Below are positions 8,519 to 17,900 of a stretch of DNA of 25,727 nucleotides, piece after piece. The notes below the pieces were generated by a model. It did no database searches. It was not told the DNA's origin and saw nothing but the letters and a program-made list of their open reading frames with translations. The translations under genes and the position numbers were made by a program. Position 1 is the first letter of the stretch. Each line of letters starts with the position of its first letter. Origin of the DNA: a virus (lineage: Duplodnaviria > Caudoviricetes); IMG/VR virus record IMGVR_UViG_3300025286_000125, positions 1 to 25,727 of that record. One strand, written 5' to 3'.

Positions 8519-9637
8519 ATGCCAACATGTAGTGAAACATATGGCCCAAATTGGGTAGGTGAATATCCTAATTGCAGGTATGAATCCTCTACTCCTCCTG
8601 GTACAGGACAAGAGCAGACTTCTTTCACAGGTACTGTGGGGTCTCTTGGTTATGGTGATATACTTGCAGGAAGTAGTTGGGAAGATGACTGGCAACAATT
8701 CTTTGATCCATATGATCCTAGAAGAGAAGAGATGGCTGAACGACATGCTGATATTGATATTGGTCAGCTTGGAGCTGCTTGGGGTTTACAGGAAGAACAA
8801 TTAGGAGAAGCTTGGGGCTTAAGAGGAGCCCAACTTGGAGAAACATTAGATCTTGGTAGAGAACAGCTAGGTGAGTCTTGGAGATTACAAGAAAGAGGTC
8901 TAGGTGAACAATGGGAAGGACAAAGAGGAGAGTTAGGTGCTGAAGCACGTAGAGGTTATCAAGATGTAACACGAATGGGAGAACAAATGTTAACTAGAGG
9001 TCGTGGGTTGACATTTGGAGGGCAAAGACAAAGACAAGCTGAAGAAGAAGTTTCTGGAGCGTATGCAAGATCTTTTGGATTAGGACAATCAGCATATGAA
9101 CAAGCTCTAGCAGCAGGTCAATCTCGTTATCAACAGGGTTTAGAAGCTCAGACATTAGGTTATGAACAAGCTATGGAAACTGGACAGATGGGGTATGAAC
9201 AAGCTTTAGAAACAGGTCAATTAGCATTACAGCAGGGTACAACAGATATTTATCAAGGTTTGGAATCTGATATATTTGGGCAAAGAGAAAGTTGGGAGGA
9301 GCAAAACCGAGCTACATTGAATGTTCTTCTTGGTTCAGGTATATGGTCAGGTGATGATGATTATACTCCTCCTCCAGGTTGGACTGATCCTAATACAGGA
9401 ACAGTTACTTGTTGTGATGGTACTGAACAGCCAGCAGCATATATGTGTGGCTATGGTAATCAACCTGCAGATTGCTATGGAGGTAAAACTTCAACGGGAG
9501 GAGATACAGGAACTGGCACAGGCACAGGTACAGGCACTGGTACAGGCACTGGTTCGGGGACAGGTACAGGCACTGGTAGTTTAGTAACAGGTACACAAAA
9601 TATGGGCCAAGTTATGGGTGCAAGAAGATATGGTTAA
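8519..9637 (+). CDS. Putative virion/pilot protein with 11-residue repeats, Cys clusters and a Thr-Gly tract
   Basis: QLGEAWGL... and YEQALETGQ.. repeats with 11-aa period; (TG)n near the C-terminus. Confidence 0.7.
   Translation: MPTCSETYGPNWVGEYPNCRYESSTPPGTGQEQTSFTGTVGSLGYGDILAGSSWEDDWQQFFDPYDPRREEMAERHADIDIGQLGAAWGLQEEQLGEAWGLRGAQLGETLDLGREQLGESWRLQERGLGEQWEGQRGELGAEARRGYQDVTRMGEQMLTRGRGLTFGGQRQRQAEEEVSGAYARSFGLGQSAYEQALAAGQSRYQQGLEAQTLGYEQAMETGQMGYEQALETGQLALQQGTTDIYQGLESDIFGQRESWEEQNRATLNVLLGSGIWSGDDDYTPPPGWTDPNTGTVTCCDGTEQPAAYMCGYGNQPADCYGGKTSTGGDTGTGTGTGTGTGTGTGSGTGTGTGSLVTGTQNMGQVMGARRYG
8765..8960 (+). repeat. 33-nt / 11-aa coding repeat (QLGxxWxLxxx), about 6 degenerate units
   Basis: QLGAAWGLQEE-QLGEAWGLRGA-QLGETLDLGRE-QLGESWRLQER-GLGEQWEGQRG-ELGAEARRGYQ. 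Confidence 0.85.
9095..9226 (+). repeat. 33-nt / 11-aa coding repeat (YEQAxExGQxx), 4 units
   Basis: YEQALAAGQSR-YQQGLEAQTLG-YEQAMETGQMG-YEQALETGQLA. Confidence 0.85.
9506..9577 (+). repeat. Hexanucleotide coding repeat encoding (Thr/Ser-Gly)12
   Basis: acagga actggc acaggc acaggt ... with synonymous variation between units. Confidence 0.9.
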
Positions 9638-9642
9638 AGAAG

Positions 9643-9810
9643 ATGAATAAGGGATTAGGAGATACAGTATCTAATGTCATTAAGAAAGTTTCTGGTGGCA
9701 AGATAAAAGAATGTGGTGGCTGCAGTAAGAGACGTGACTGGCTTAATGAAAAGGTATCATATAGGCGTAATGCTTTAGATGCAATTGATAAGATACAGAG
9801 TAATAAATAA
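9643..9810 (+). CDS. Small CxxC protein (55 aa), absent from the ORF track
   Basis: Hand translation MNKGLGDTVSNVIKKVSGGKIKECGGCSKRRDWLNEKVSYRRNALDAIDKIQSNK; fills the gap and overlaps the next gene by TAATG. Confidence 0.85.
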   Translation: MNKGLGDTVSNVIKKVSGGKIKECGGCSKRRDWLNEKVSYRRNALDAIDKIQSNK

Positions 9811-11372
9811 TGGCTTTTAGACAACCAAGAATATATTCATCAGCAGATGCATTCCGTGATGCTACAGATCATGCACTAAAGCTGGCTCTTGCTACTATTG
9901 GTGATAAAACAACTGAAGAAACAAATAGAGTAAACCTAGCTATTAAGAGATTAAACTCTCTGGAAAGCCAAAGAAATACGATTCAAGTTGCTTGGCTGGA
10001 GAAACAAGCTCAGATAGCTGGTTATATAGGAGAATCTGATAGCTTACAAGATATATATAAAACTGGTAAAGAAGGAAAATTAGGGAGTAGTGTAGAAGAT
10101 ATAACAGCTGATTTATATACGGAGCCTTTCAAATACCATACGCAAGCTATGCAAGTCACACAAAATCAGATTGATGTGCTTGGCCCTGCTATGGCTAGTT
10201 CAATAGATAAGTTAGCAAAGCTATCCCAGGCACAGGACTTTATTACTAAAGGCATAGGTGCTACTTTTAAAACTGGAGCAACAGAAGAAGAAATAGCAGA
10301 GTGGGGGCCTGAAGATCTTAGTCAAGCTGCATTCAGAGGAAAGTTTTATCCTGATTTGAAAGAGGGCGAAGAGATACCTAAAGAACTGGAGGTTTTCTTT
10401 CAAAGACATCAACCTGACCCAATAACTATTGCAGGTTTAGAAACTAAAAGAAAGAGGGAAGATTGGGAAATAGAACAAAGAGAGATAACAAGAGCAGGTG
10501 AACAAAGAGCTATAGATACTGCTCTTATGGCTAAAGAGCGACATGCTATTGAAACAGGCAAGCAGAGACATCCTGGTGATGTAGAAACAAATAAGAGTTT
10601 AGCAAGAATGAATATTTATAATCCTATGATTGAAGAATCTATGACTGGAATGCTGTCTGCTTCTTTTGGATATGCAAATATGCTTTCTGGTCAGAAAGAA
10701 CAAAAGCCAGACCTTATAGAAAAAGGTCAAACAGTTTTTGATGCTGAAGCATTTAGGATAGGATTGATTTTTAATCCAGCTCCTGCTGGTGATTTAGGTA
10801 TAGATCCACAAACGATACGAAACATGAGTTCAATTGAGTTTCAAGATAGATATGAAGAACTTTTAGGTAAAAAAGCTAATGATCCTAAAAGAATACGGGC
10901 TATACAAATAAAACAATTGGGAGAAGAAATATATCATGAAAATAAGCCTACTAGAATGTCAGATCCTCTTCAGGTTAAAAGAGGACTAGAGGTACCTGCT
11001 TATAATGATAGGGATGAATTAATAGCTCAAGCATATAAAAGATTTAGTGATGTTAAGAAGGTTAGTTCAACTGCAGCTGGTAAATATGCTGATGACATTA
11101 AATATATTCTTGGTGTAGATCTTCGACATGAAGGCACTGTTCGAGGTATATTAAAAGAATACTTTAGGACAAATTATCTTGAAAGTGCTATTGGTTATGA
11201 AGGTGGATATGATACTATTTTAGAAAAAAATCTTACCGTGTATCAAAAAGACCTTGCAGGTGATTTTATGGATCTAGTTAAACGTAATTATAATTATGAT
11301 ATAGTTGAAGATAGGTGGATTGATGGATGGCAAAGACTTGCTGATGGAACAATGGTACCACAATATGAATAA
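9810..11372 (+). CDS. Putative internal virion (ejection) protein, 520 aa
   Basis: Long helical-looking Cys-free ORF within the virion protein cluster. Confidence 0.65.
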   Translation: MAFRQPRIYSSADAFRDATDHALKLALATIGDKTTEETNRVNLAIKRLNSLESQRNTIQVAWLEKQAQIAGYIGESDSLQDIYKTGKEGKLGSSVEDITADLYTEPFKYHTQAMQVTQNQIDVLGPAMASSIDKLAKLSQAQDFITKGIGATFKTGATEEEIAEWGPEDLSQAAFRGKFYPDLKEGEEIPKELEVFFQRHQPDPITIAGLETKRKREDWEIEQREITRAGEQRAIDTALMAKERHAIETGKQRHPGDVETNKSLARMNIYNPMIEESMTGMLSASFGYANMLSGQKEQKPDLIEKGQTVFDAEAFRIGLIFNPAPAGDLGIDPQTIRNMSSIEFQDRYEELLGKKANDPKRIRAIQIKQLGEEIYHENKPTRMSDPLQVKRGLEVPAYNDRDELIAQAYKRFSDVKKVSSTAAGKYADDIKYILGVDLRHEGTVRGILKEYFRTNYLESAIGYEGGYDTILEKNLTVYQKDLAGDFMDLVKRNYNYDIVEDRWIDGWQRLADGTMVPQYE

Positions 11373-11898
11373 GGAAGAACTTAAAAAGATACAGGCAAGT
11401 TGGAAGTTAAGGCAGGTTGAAAGAGATTCTATTCTAGCTTCACAAAAAATTAATCTTCCAGGTGATTCTGTGGAAGTTAAGCCTCCATATGAAGGTTTAC
11501 CCGCTTTTTCTGATATGCCAAAAATACCTGGTATAGGAGAAGGTAGTATTCTTGATCTTTTTGGAAAAGGTATTATGTACTCAGGTCAGGCTGAACAAGC
11601 ACGATCTCAAGCAGCTATAGAAGCTGGTAAGGTTGCAGTAGAAGCAGTCGAACCTGTGGTAGAACCTTTAGTTTCAGGAGTACGGTCTCTTACAGCTGAT
11701 ATGCTGACTGGGGATTATCAAAGATCAGTTATAGCTGGCGCAGTTGGTGCTCCAGTAGATATGGCTAACTCACTTCTTTCTTTGTTAGGCATTGAAATGA
11801 CTTATAGTGATAAGCCTTTTATGGGATCAAAACACATTAAAGAATCTTTAGATTATCTGTCTGGCTCTCCTTATTCTACCAGATTTATGGTAAAATAA
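11365..11898 (+). CDS. Putative internal virion protein (~177 aa)
   Basis: ATG 11365 overlapping the previous stop is more plausible than TTG 11305. GAPVDMANSLLSLLG...KPFMGSKHIK resembles a motif of phage internal virion proteins. Confidence 0.65.
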   Translation: MNKEELKKIQASWKLRQVERDSILASQKINLPGDSVEVKPPYEGLPAFSDMPKIPGIGEGSILDLFGKGIMYSGQAEQARSQAAIEAGKVAVEAVEPVVEPLVSGVRSLTADMLTGDYQRSVIAGAVGAPVDMANSLLSLLGIEMTYSDKPFMGSKHIKESLDYLSGSPYSTRFMVK

Positions 11899-11901
11899 AT
11901 T

Positions 11902-14900
11902 ATGAGCAATGGACTTTATACGTCTCCCGTAGAAGAAGATGAGAATAAAAGGTATCTAGAACAGTTAAGACAACTAGAGCTTGGTAAGGGTATGGATCCC
12001 ATCTATGATGAGGATGATAGTAGTTGGCTTACAGATTTTACAGGTAATCTTTTATGGGGGGGAACATCTGCTGCTACTTGGGGTGCTTTTGATGTAGCAG
12101 CACTCACTGAACTTGGAAAAGGTGGAAGATCAGCCCTTTCTCTAGGTACCTACAGGCCATGGGAGGAACAAACAGGAGCAGGTAAGGCTGGGTTTATACT
12201 TGGACAGGGTGTGGGAATGTTTGCCACATTTAGCTGGACTGGTAAAGCATTAGGATTATTAAGTAGTGCTTTTACAAAGAAATTTCCTACAGGTAGGGTT
12301 GCTACACATATAGCAAAAAAAGCAGGTACTGAAGCTGTAGAAAAGTTTGGTGAGAAAAAAGGCATTGAGTCTTTAGCAAAATATGGGGACAAATTATTAA
12401 AAGGTGAAGTAGGTGACTTAGCAATGGAGGGTCTGGAAAGAGGAACCCTTGAAGCTATGAGAGAGGCTACTAAAATAGTCAGGTCTCCTGGATATAAAAG
12501 ACTTTGGAAGTTTAATCAAGAAGCTTATACACATGCAGTAGATGATATGAGTCGTAAGCTGCTTAGTGAAATGCCTGATATGGGGGCTGAGTCTGCATTA
12601 AAACTATCAGATAACTTAATATCCTCTGCCATGAAATATTCTACACATCAATTCCATAATTATATGGATGCTGTTGTAGGGTTGGGTGCTCAAGCAGCCG
12701 CTAAGAGACCAGGATCTATAGCAAGAGGGTCTCAGTGGACATTAACTGGTAAGACAGGTAGAACACTATCTGCAATGTCGACTGATGCAGTGTTGGGATT
12801 TACGCATCATCTGGCTCAAGCTGCTATTGAAAATGTGACTCATAAAACTGGAGAAATACTGGGGGGTGAATTTGATGCTAAAGAGTTAAAGCATTTAGAA
12901 AATTTGAATTCAGGTCTTATGGATGTACTTATTCATTCTGGTCAATCTGGATTGTGGATGTCTTTAATTGCTCCTACCAGATTTATTAAAGGTGGTAGAA
13001 CTACCAAGCTTCATAAGGAAGCAATGGCTGGATTAAATACTTTAAGAAAAGCATGGAAACCTGCAGATAGAATGGCAGGTCATCAAGCAAGAACTACATT
13101 ACAGTTTATAGATGATGTATCTGAGGGTTCTTTGAAGAAAACCATCTTGTCCAAGGAATTAGCTGGAAGGGAAATTGAAAATCTTACCAGAGATGAAGCT
13201 GTTTCTATGCTAAAGAATGTAAGGAAGGGTTTTTCTCGTGAGTGGCTGAGTTATATGGGTAAGGAAATAAAGGAAGATCTCACAGGATCTGCAGGTAGAA
13301 TGATAGCAGGTGCATTGGCTATGAACCTTCCAGCTATAAAACAATATTATGATGAAACTGGTAAGTTTGATCCTGTAGGAGCTCTTGGTGCTGATCCGTC
13401 AGAAATAGTGTCTAATATGATTGTTGGGATGTTGTTTGCAAAGAGTGGCAGAACTTTTGGGGAAGGTGGTACCAGTAGAAAGCAGTCAAGACTTTTTGAA
13501 ACAGGAGAAATGAAGCAGTATTACACTGCTAATGTTAAGAAGATACAATCTATCAGAGCTGGTCTTGAAGTGATGGGATATAAATCATCTGGTGAAGGTT
13601 TAAATATTAATAATGCTGCTACAGAACTCTTTGGTCGTTACTTAGTTAATACTGGTGATTATAAGATAGTAGATGATATTCTTAGAGATAAATTTGTTAT
13701 AGCTGAGGACTCTCCCGTAATAGAAGGAGCAAAGCCCCTGAATGAAGCTTATGAATCAGTTGTTAATGTAGTAGCTGATCCTGTAGCAAAAGGAAAATTA
13801 GATATTGCGATGAAAGTTATTGCTCATTATGACAATAACTCTACTGATATCGGAAATGTAATGAAGCATGTTACTCCTGATGAAGCTGTAGATATTGTAA
13901 AAAGAATAAATGAGATACCTGGGATAAGAGAGAACCAGGCTTTTCCTGAAATTTGGCTGAGAAAGGTTGAACTTCAGGCTGGATGGACTGCAAATGAAAA
14001 GTTTTATGACTTACAGCTTGGCAGTGCGATAGGATTTTATGAGTCTATTGGAGTAACAAATTATTCATATGATCCCAGTACTAGTATTCTGAGAGTTCCA
14101 GAAGTTAATCTTCAAAGATTGTTAGGCTCAAGGCCATCTGAGACACTGAATGATTTCAAAGTCACTCATGAAAAGTTTCTTGAAGAAGGACAGAAGAATG
14201 GTAAGGTTATTATTGAGGGTAGACTAGCAAGGGAGAAACCAGCTCTAGGAGACCAACAATTAAAGGCTTTGGAAACTTCATATGAGGGTTATGTTGCATT
14301 GATGAATGAAAGTTCATACGGCAGAGATTCTATGATGTTTGATAAAGGTATCATGCACGATAATAATATGTGGATAGCTTACAATGTCACAAATGCTGAT
14401 ATAGATATAAATAATACTCTTCGCATGTTTACTGACGTTAAAAGAGACAGGATATTTACAAACTTAGCTAAAGAAGATGTTGAGTTTCTACAAAGACAGA
14501 TAGATAGTATGCAGTTAAACAGAAGTAGAGTGCCTGAGCTATCAGATAAAGATGTTATACAAACTAAAGCAGACCAACAAAGGTTTGATGATCTTACAAA
14601 GTTTTATGCCAGAGTACAGAATGTTTATAATGTATTAACTGGCAACAAAAATTTAAATGTATCTACTGACAAAGCTATTACTATGGATGCAATTGCAGGT
14701 GCAAAGGATAATATGACCAATAAGTTGGGTGATGTTTTTATGAATGATGCTGTGTATGAAAGATTATTAAACCAATCTGTAAATCATATGGTTAATACTC
14801 TTGATATACAGAGTCTTGGTAGAAATCAGCAGCTGAAGCATAGTTTACTAGTTATGATGAATGGTGGAGTGGGAACTAGTGGTACTAGTGTTGGTGATTT

Positions 14901-17900
14901 AAACAAGTATGGTGGCCTGGTTGTAAGAAGAGAAAACCAGATACAAATACCAGATACAAATACATTATTTAGAATTTTAAAATCATCTCCAGAATTACAG
15001 AAAGAGAATTTAGATAGTCTAAGAGAATATTATTCTGATTTTCAAGAAGGTATCTCAGCTGCATCAGGCCCTATAAATATTACTAAAGATGCTACCGCAA
15101 TTACTGAGTTAATTACAAGTGTTGGCGGAGCTTCTAATGCAAGAGGTATACTGAATATAGCTAGGATCTTTTCACAAGTGGGCCATATTAAGGATTTGCA
15201 TAATGGATATGAAAGTCTGACAGACTATATGAATAAGATAAAAAATGATTCTGACTTATATGTTGAAAACTATACAGCAATGTCTGATTTTGATGCATCC
15301 ATTAGTGGAAGTCTTAGAGAACTTGTTCATCAGATGGGAACATTAAGATCAAACATAAAACATCTTATTGATACTCGTGACTATCAAGCACTTATAGATA
15401 TTAAGCTTGAGGAGAATTCTTCTCTTATGCAAAGTCTTGAAAGATTTAAAAATAGGGATTTGATAGATGTTATTGATAAAGATACAGGAGATATAGTTAG
15501 TACAAAGTATAAACAAGAGTTGGTTGATGTAATAGCAAGAACAAAAGAGCTTTTAGGTAACAATGTTCTTAACGAAGAGAATATTTCTTCTTATGTAAAT
15601 GAGCAAATTGCAAAAAGTGAGTATGATATATATACAAGGGAACATACTTTAAGAATGAATACTACTCCTCAAAGATTTGAATCGGATTATGGAGTTCCTA
15701 CAGCGCAACAAGAAATTATTATAGACAATGCTTTAGGTGGTAAGAATGTTCGTTCAGCTCAAGTTACCAATGAAAAAATTCTAAATTCAGTTAGAGAGCT
15801 ATATCGTGAGGCAGTACAAAGACAGCTTGAGATATTTCAAGATACAGGAAGAGTAACTGAAAGATTAACTGATGAACAGTTATATAATGATGCTTGGCAG
15901 CTTACATCTGCTAAAGCTTTTTCTGGTAAAGTTAAGAGAGTTAAATATATTGGAGGTTATGATGGTGGTATTCTTGTATCTAGTGAAGTTGGATATCCAG
16001 TACAAAGTCAACGTGATGGAAGAGGAGTCACAGGATTAAAGAATATTTTATTTGAGGGTGGAGAAGGTTGGTATGTTCTTCAGCCTGATATGAAGTTTCT
16101 TATGGAGGGGCAAGCTGTCGCAAAAGATCTTGTTATACTTGATAAAAATGTGATGTCTGCTATAGATAGTCAAATAGAAAACGGAATAGGTATAGATTCT
16201 AAAACTGTAAGAAATGAATACCATAAACAGACGTTGGAAAAAAGTTTAGTGGAAGAAATCACTGCAACCAAGGTTCCAATGATAAGAGTTATTTTGAATG
16301 ATAGGACGCAGTTAGCTGTAAGTAAGGATCTTGCTCAAAGATCTATAAGTAGAGCATATAGTGAGGGAGGAGCATTATCCATGCTTGTCAGAACAATATA
16401 TGGTGATGGCAATCAACGTGCAGCAGATACTTTTTTAGAGAGATTTAGAACACCTAACATGAGTGTTGATGTGTTAAAAGAAGGTATAAATGAGGCTTGG
16501 AATATTTTAAATCAACCTTCTTTACTTATACCTGGTGAAAGAAGCAGGCTGGATAGAGAAATAGAACTTGACTATATGAAAAGAAGAAAGCTTGCAGATA
16601 TATCTAAGGGTAAGATTTTAAATAGCAGGTATCGTGAAGCATTAACTGAGTTTTATGAGTTTGTTAGTCAAGAAACTAACAGTCCTTTAGCTAGAGCATT
16701 AGCAGATTCTTATGCTGAGATGAGAGGTGAGGACGGAAGAAATATACCGATGAGAAGTTTATCTATAAATGATAGTGGAGACCAGCTATCTGTCATAAGC
16801 AGGTTCAGAAGAAGACTAGAAATGTATGACGAAGATATGATGGCAGGTATAGATAGAAATCAAGTAGAAACTTTTATAGAAGGTATGAGTAAAGAAGCAA
16901 CTGATTCTCCTACATTTTTAACTAAAGGATCTTTCTTAAGGTTTCTCGGTACATTTGCTCCAAGCAGAGATCTTATTCAGTTTAATGAATTGAATGAGGT
17001 TATTGGATTTAATGTAGGTGCAATGAAACCTAAAGGTGTTGATGTTTTTGTGGGGGAAGATGGCAGTGTGAGAGTTTCCTACGACAAGTCAGCATTTTTT
17101 TACAGTCCTAAAATAGGTGAAACTCTTGAAGCAGCAGGTTTGGATGAGGTTAAATTTAGATCAGGCAATAAAATAAATGTATCAAGGACAGGTACTGGAG
17201 AATTAACTGAAAATTATGTTGATCCTGTTACACGTAGAGCTGAAGTTGAAGCTCGTAGTATAGAAGAGATAGTTGAATGGACAATAGAAGCATCTCAGGA
17301 TAGAGTACAAGAAATACCTTGGGCAAGTTATGATCTTACTCAAGCATCTGTTCCGCATTCAGGAACTGTTGGTGCTAATACAGGGGTGCATTATTCTAAC
17401 AGGAGTGGTTTAAATGATTGGACTCAGATTGCTAGGCGTACAAATGAGTTTAATGAATTGTTGTCAAGGGTACAGGATTCACCTGAAGCTCTTACTAATA
17501 TAGGAAGAAGTTTATCAGAGTCGTCAAGAGCTGAAGGAGATCTAAATCCAACCAGGACAGCTCTGGATTCTTTTCTTGACAGTCAGGGACTAGTTGTAAG
17601 TGATTGGATGGGAGATTTAATAGTTGATAATCTATTCAACAGGTATTTTCAAGGTTCTAAAATTGCTTCAAGAGAAGTTAGAGGTTCTTCTTATAGTCCT
17701 ATGGCTCCATTTCTTGCAGATCAAAATGTGGACTTACCATTAATTTATACTGATACGGATAATATAGGTAGGCAAAGGATATATGGCGGCTTTGGGATCA
17801 ACAGTGAAATAGCAGAGATGCCTTTTAAGGCTCTAGGAAGGTCTACCTTGACAGAAACTACTCCTAATGGTGACCATAACAAGCTTGTGACTGGATTCTT

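Noticed and set aside
8765-9577. Periodic sequence as a CRISPR array
   Set aside because: Units are degenerate, in-frame coding repeats with no unique spacers.
11305-11364. TTG start at 11305
   Set aside because: Gives a 68-nt overlap; ATG 11365 overlapping the upstream stop is more plausible.
14392-14412. NADIDIN as the polymerase catalytic motif
   Set aside because: Third acidic position is Asn and no RxP motif precedes it at a suitable distance; DHDFD at 18376 fits the full motif order.
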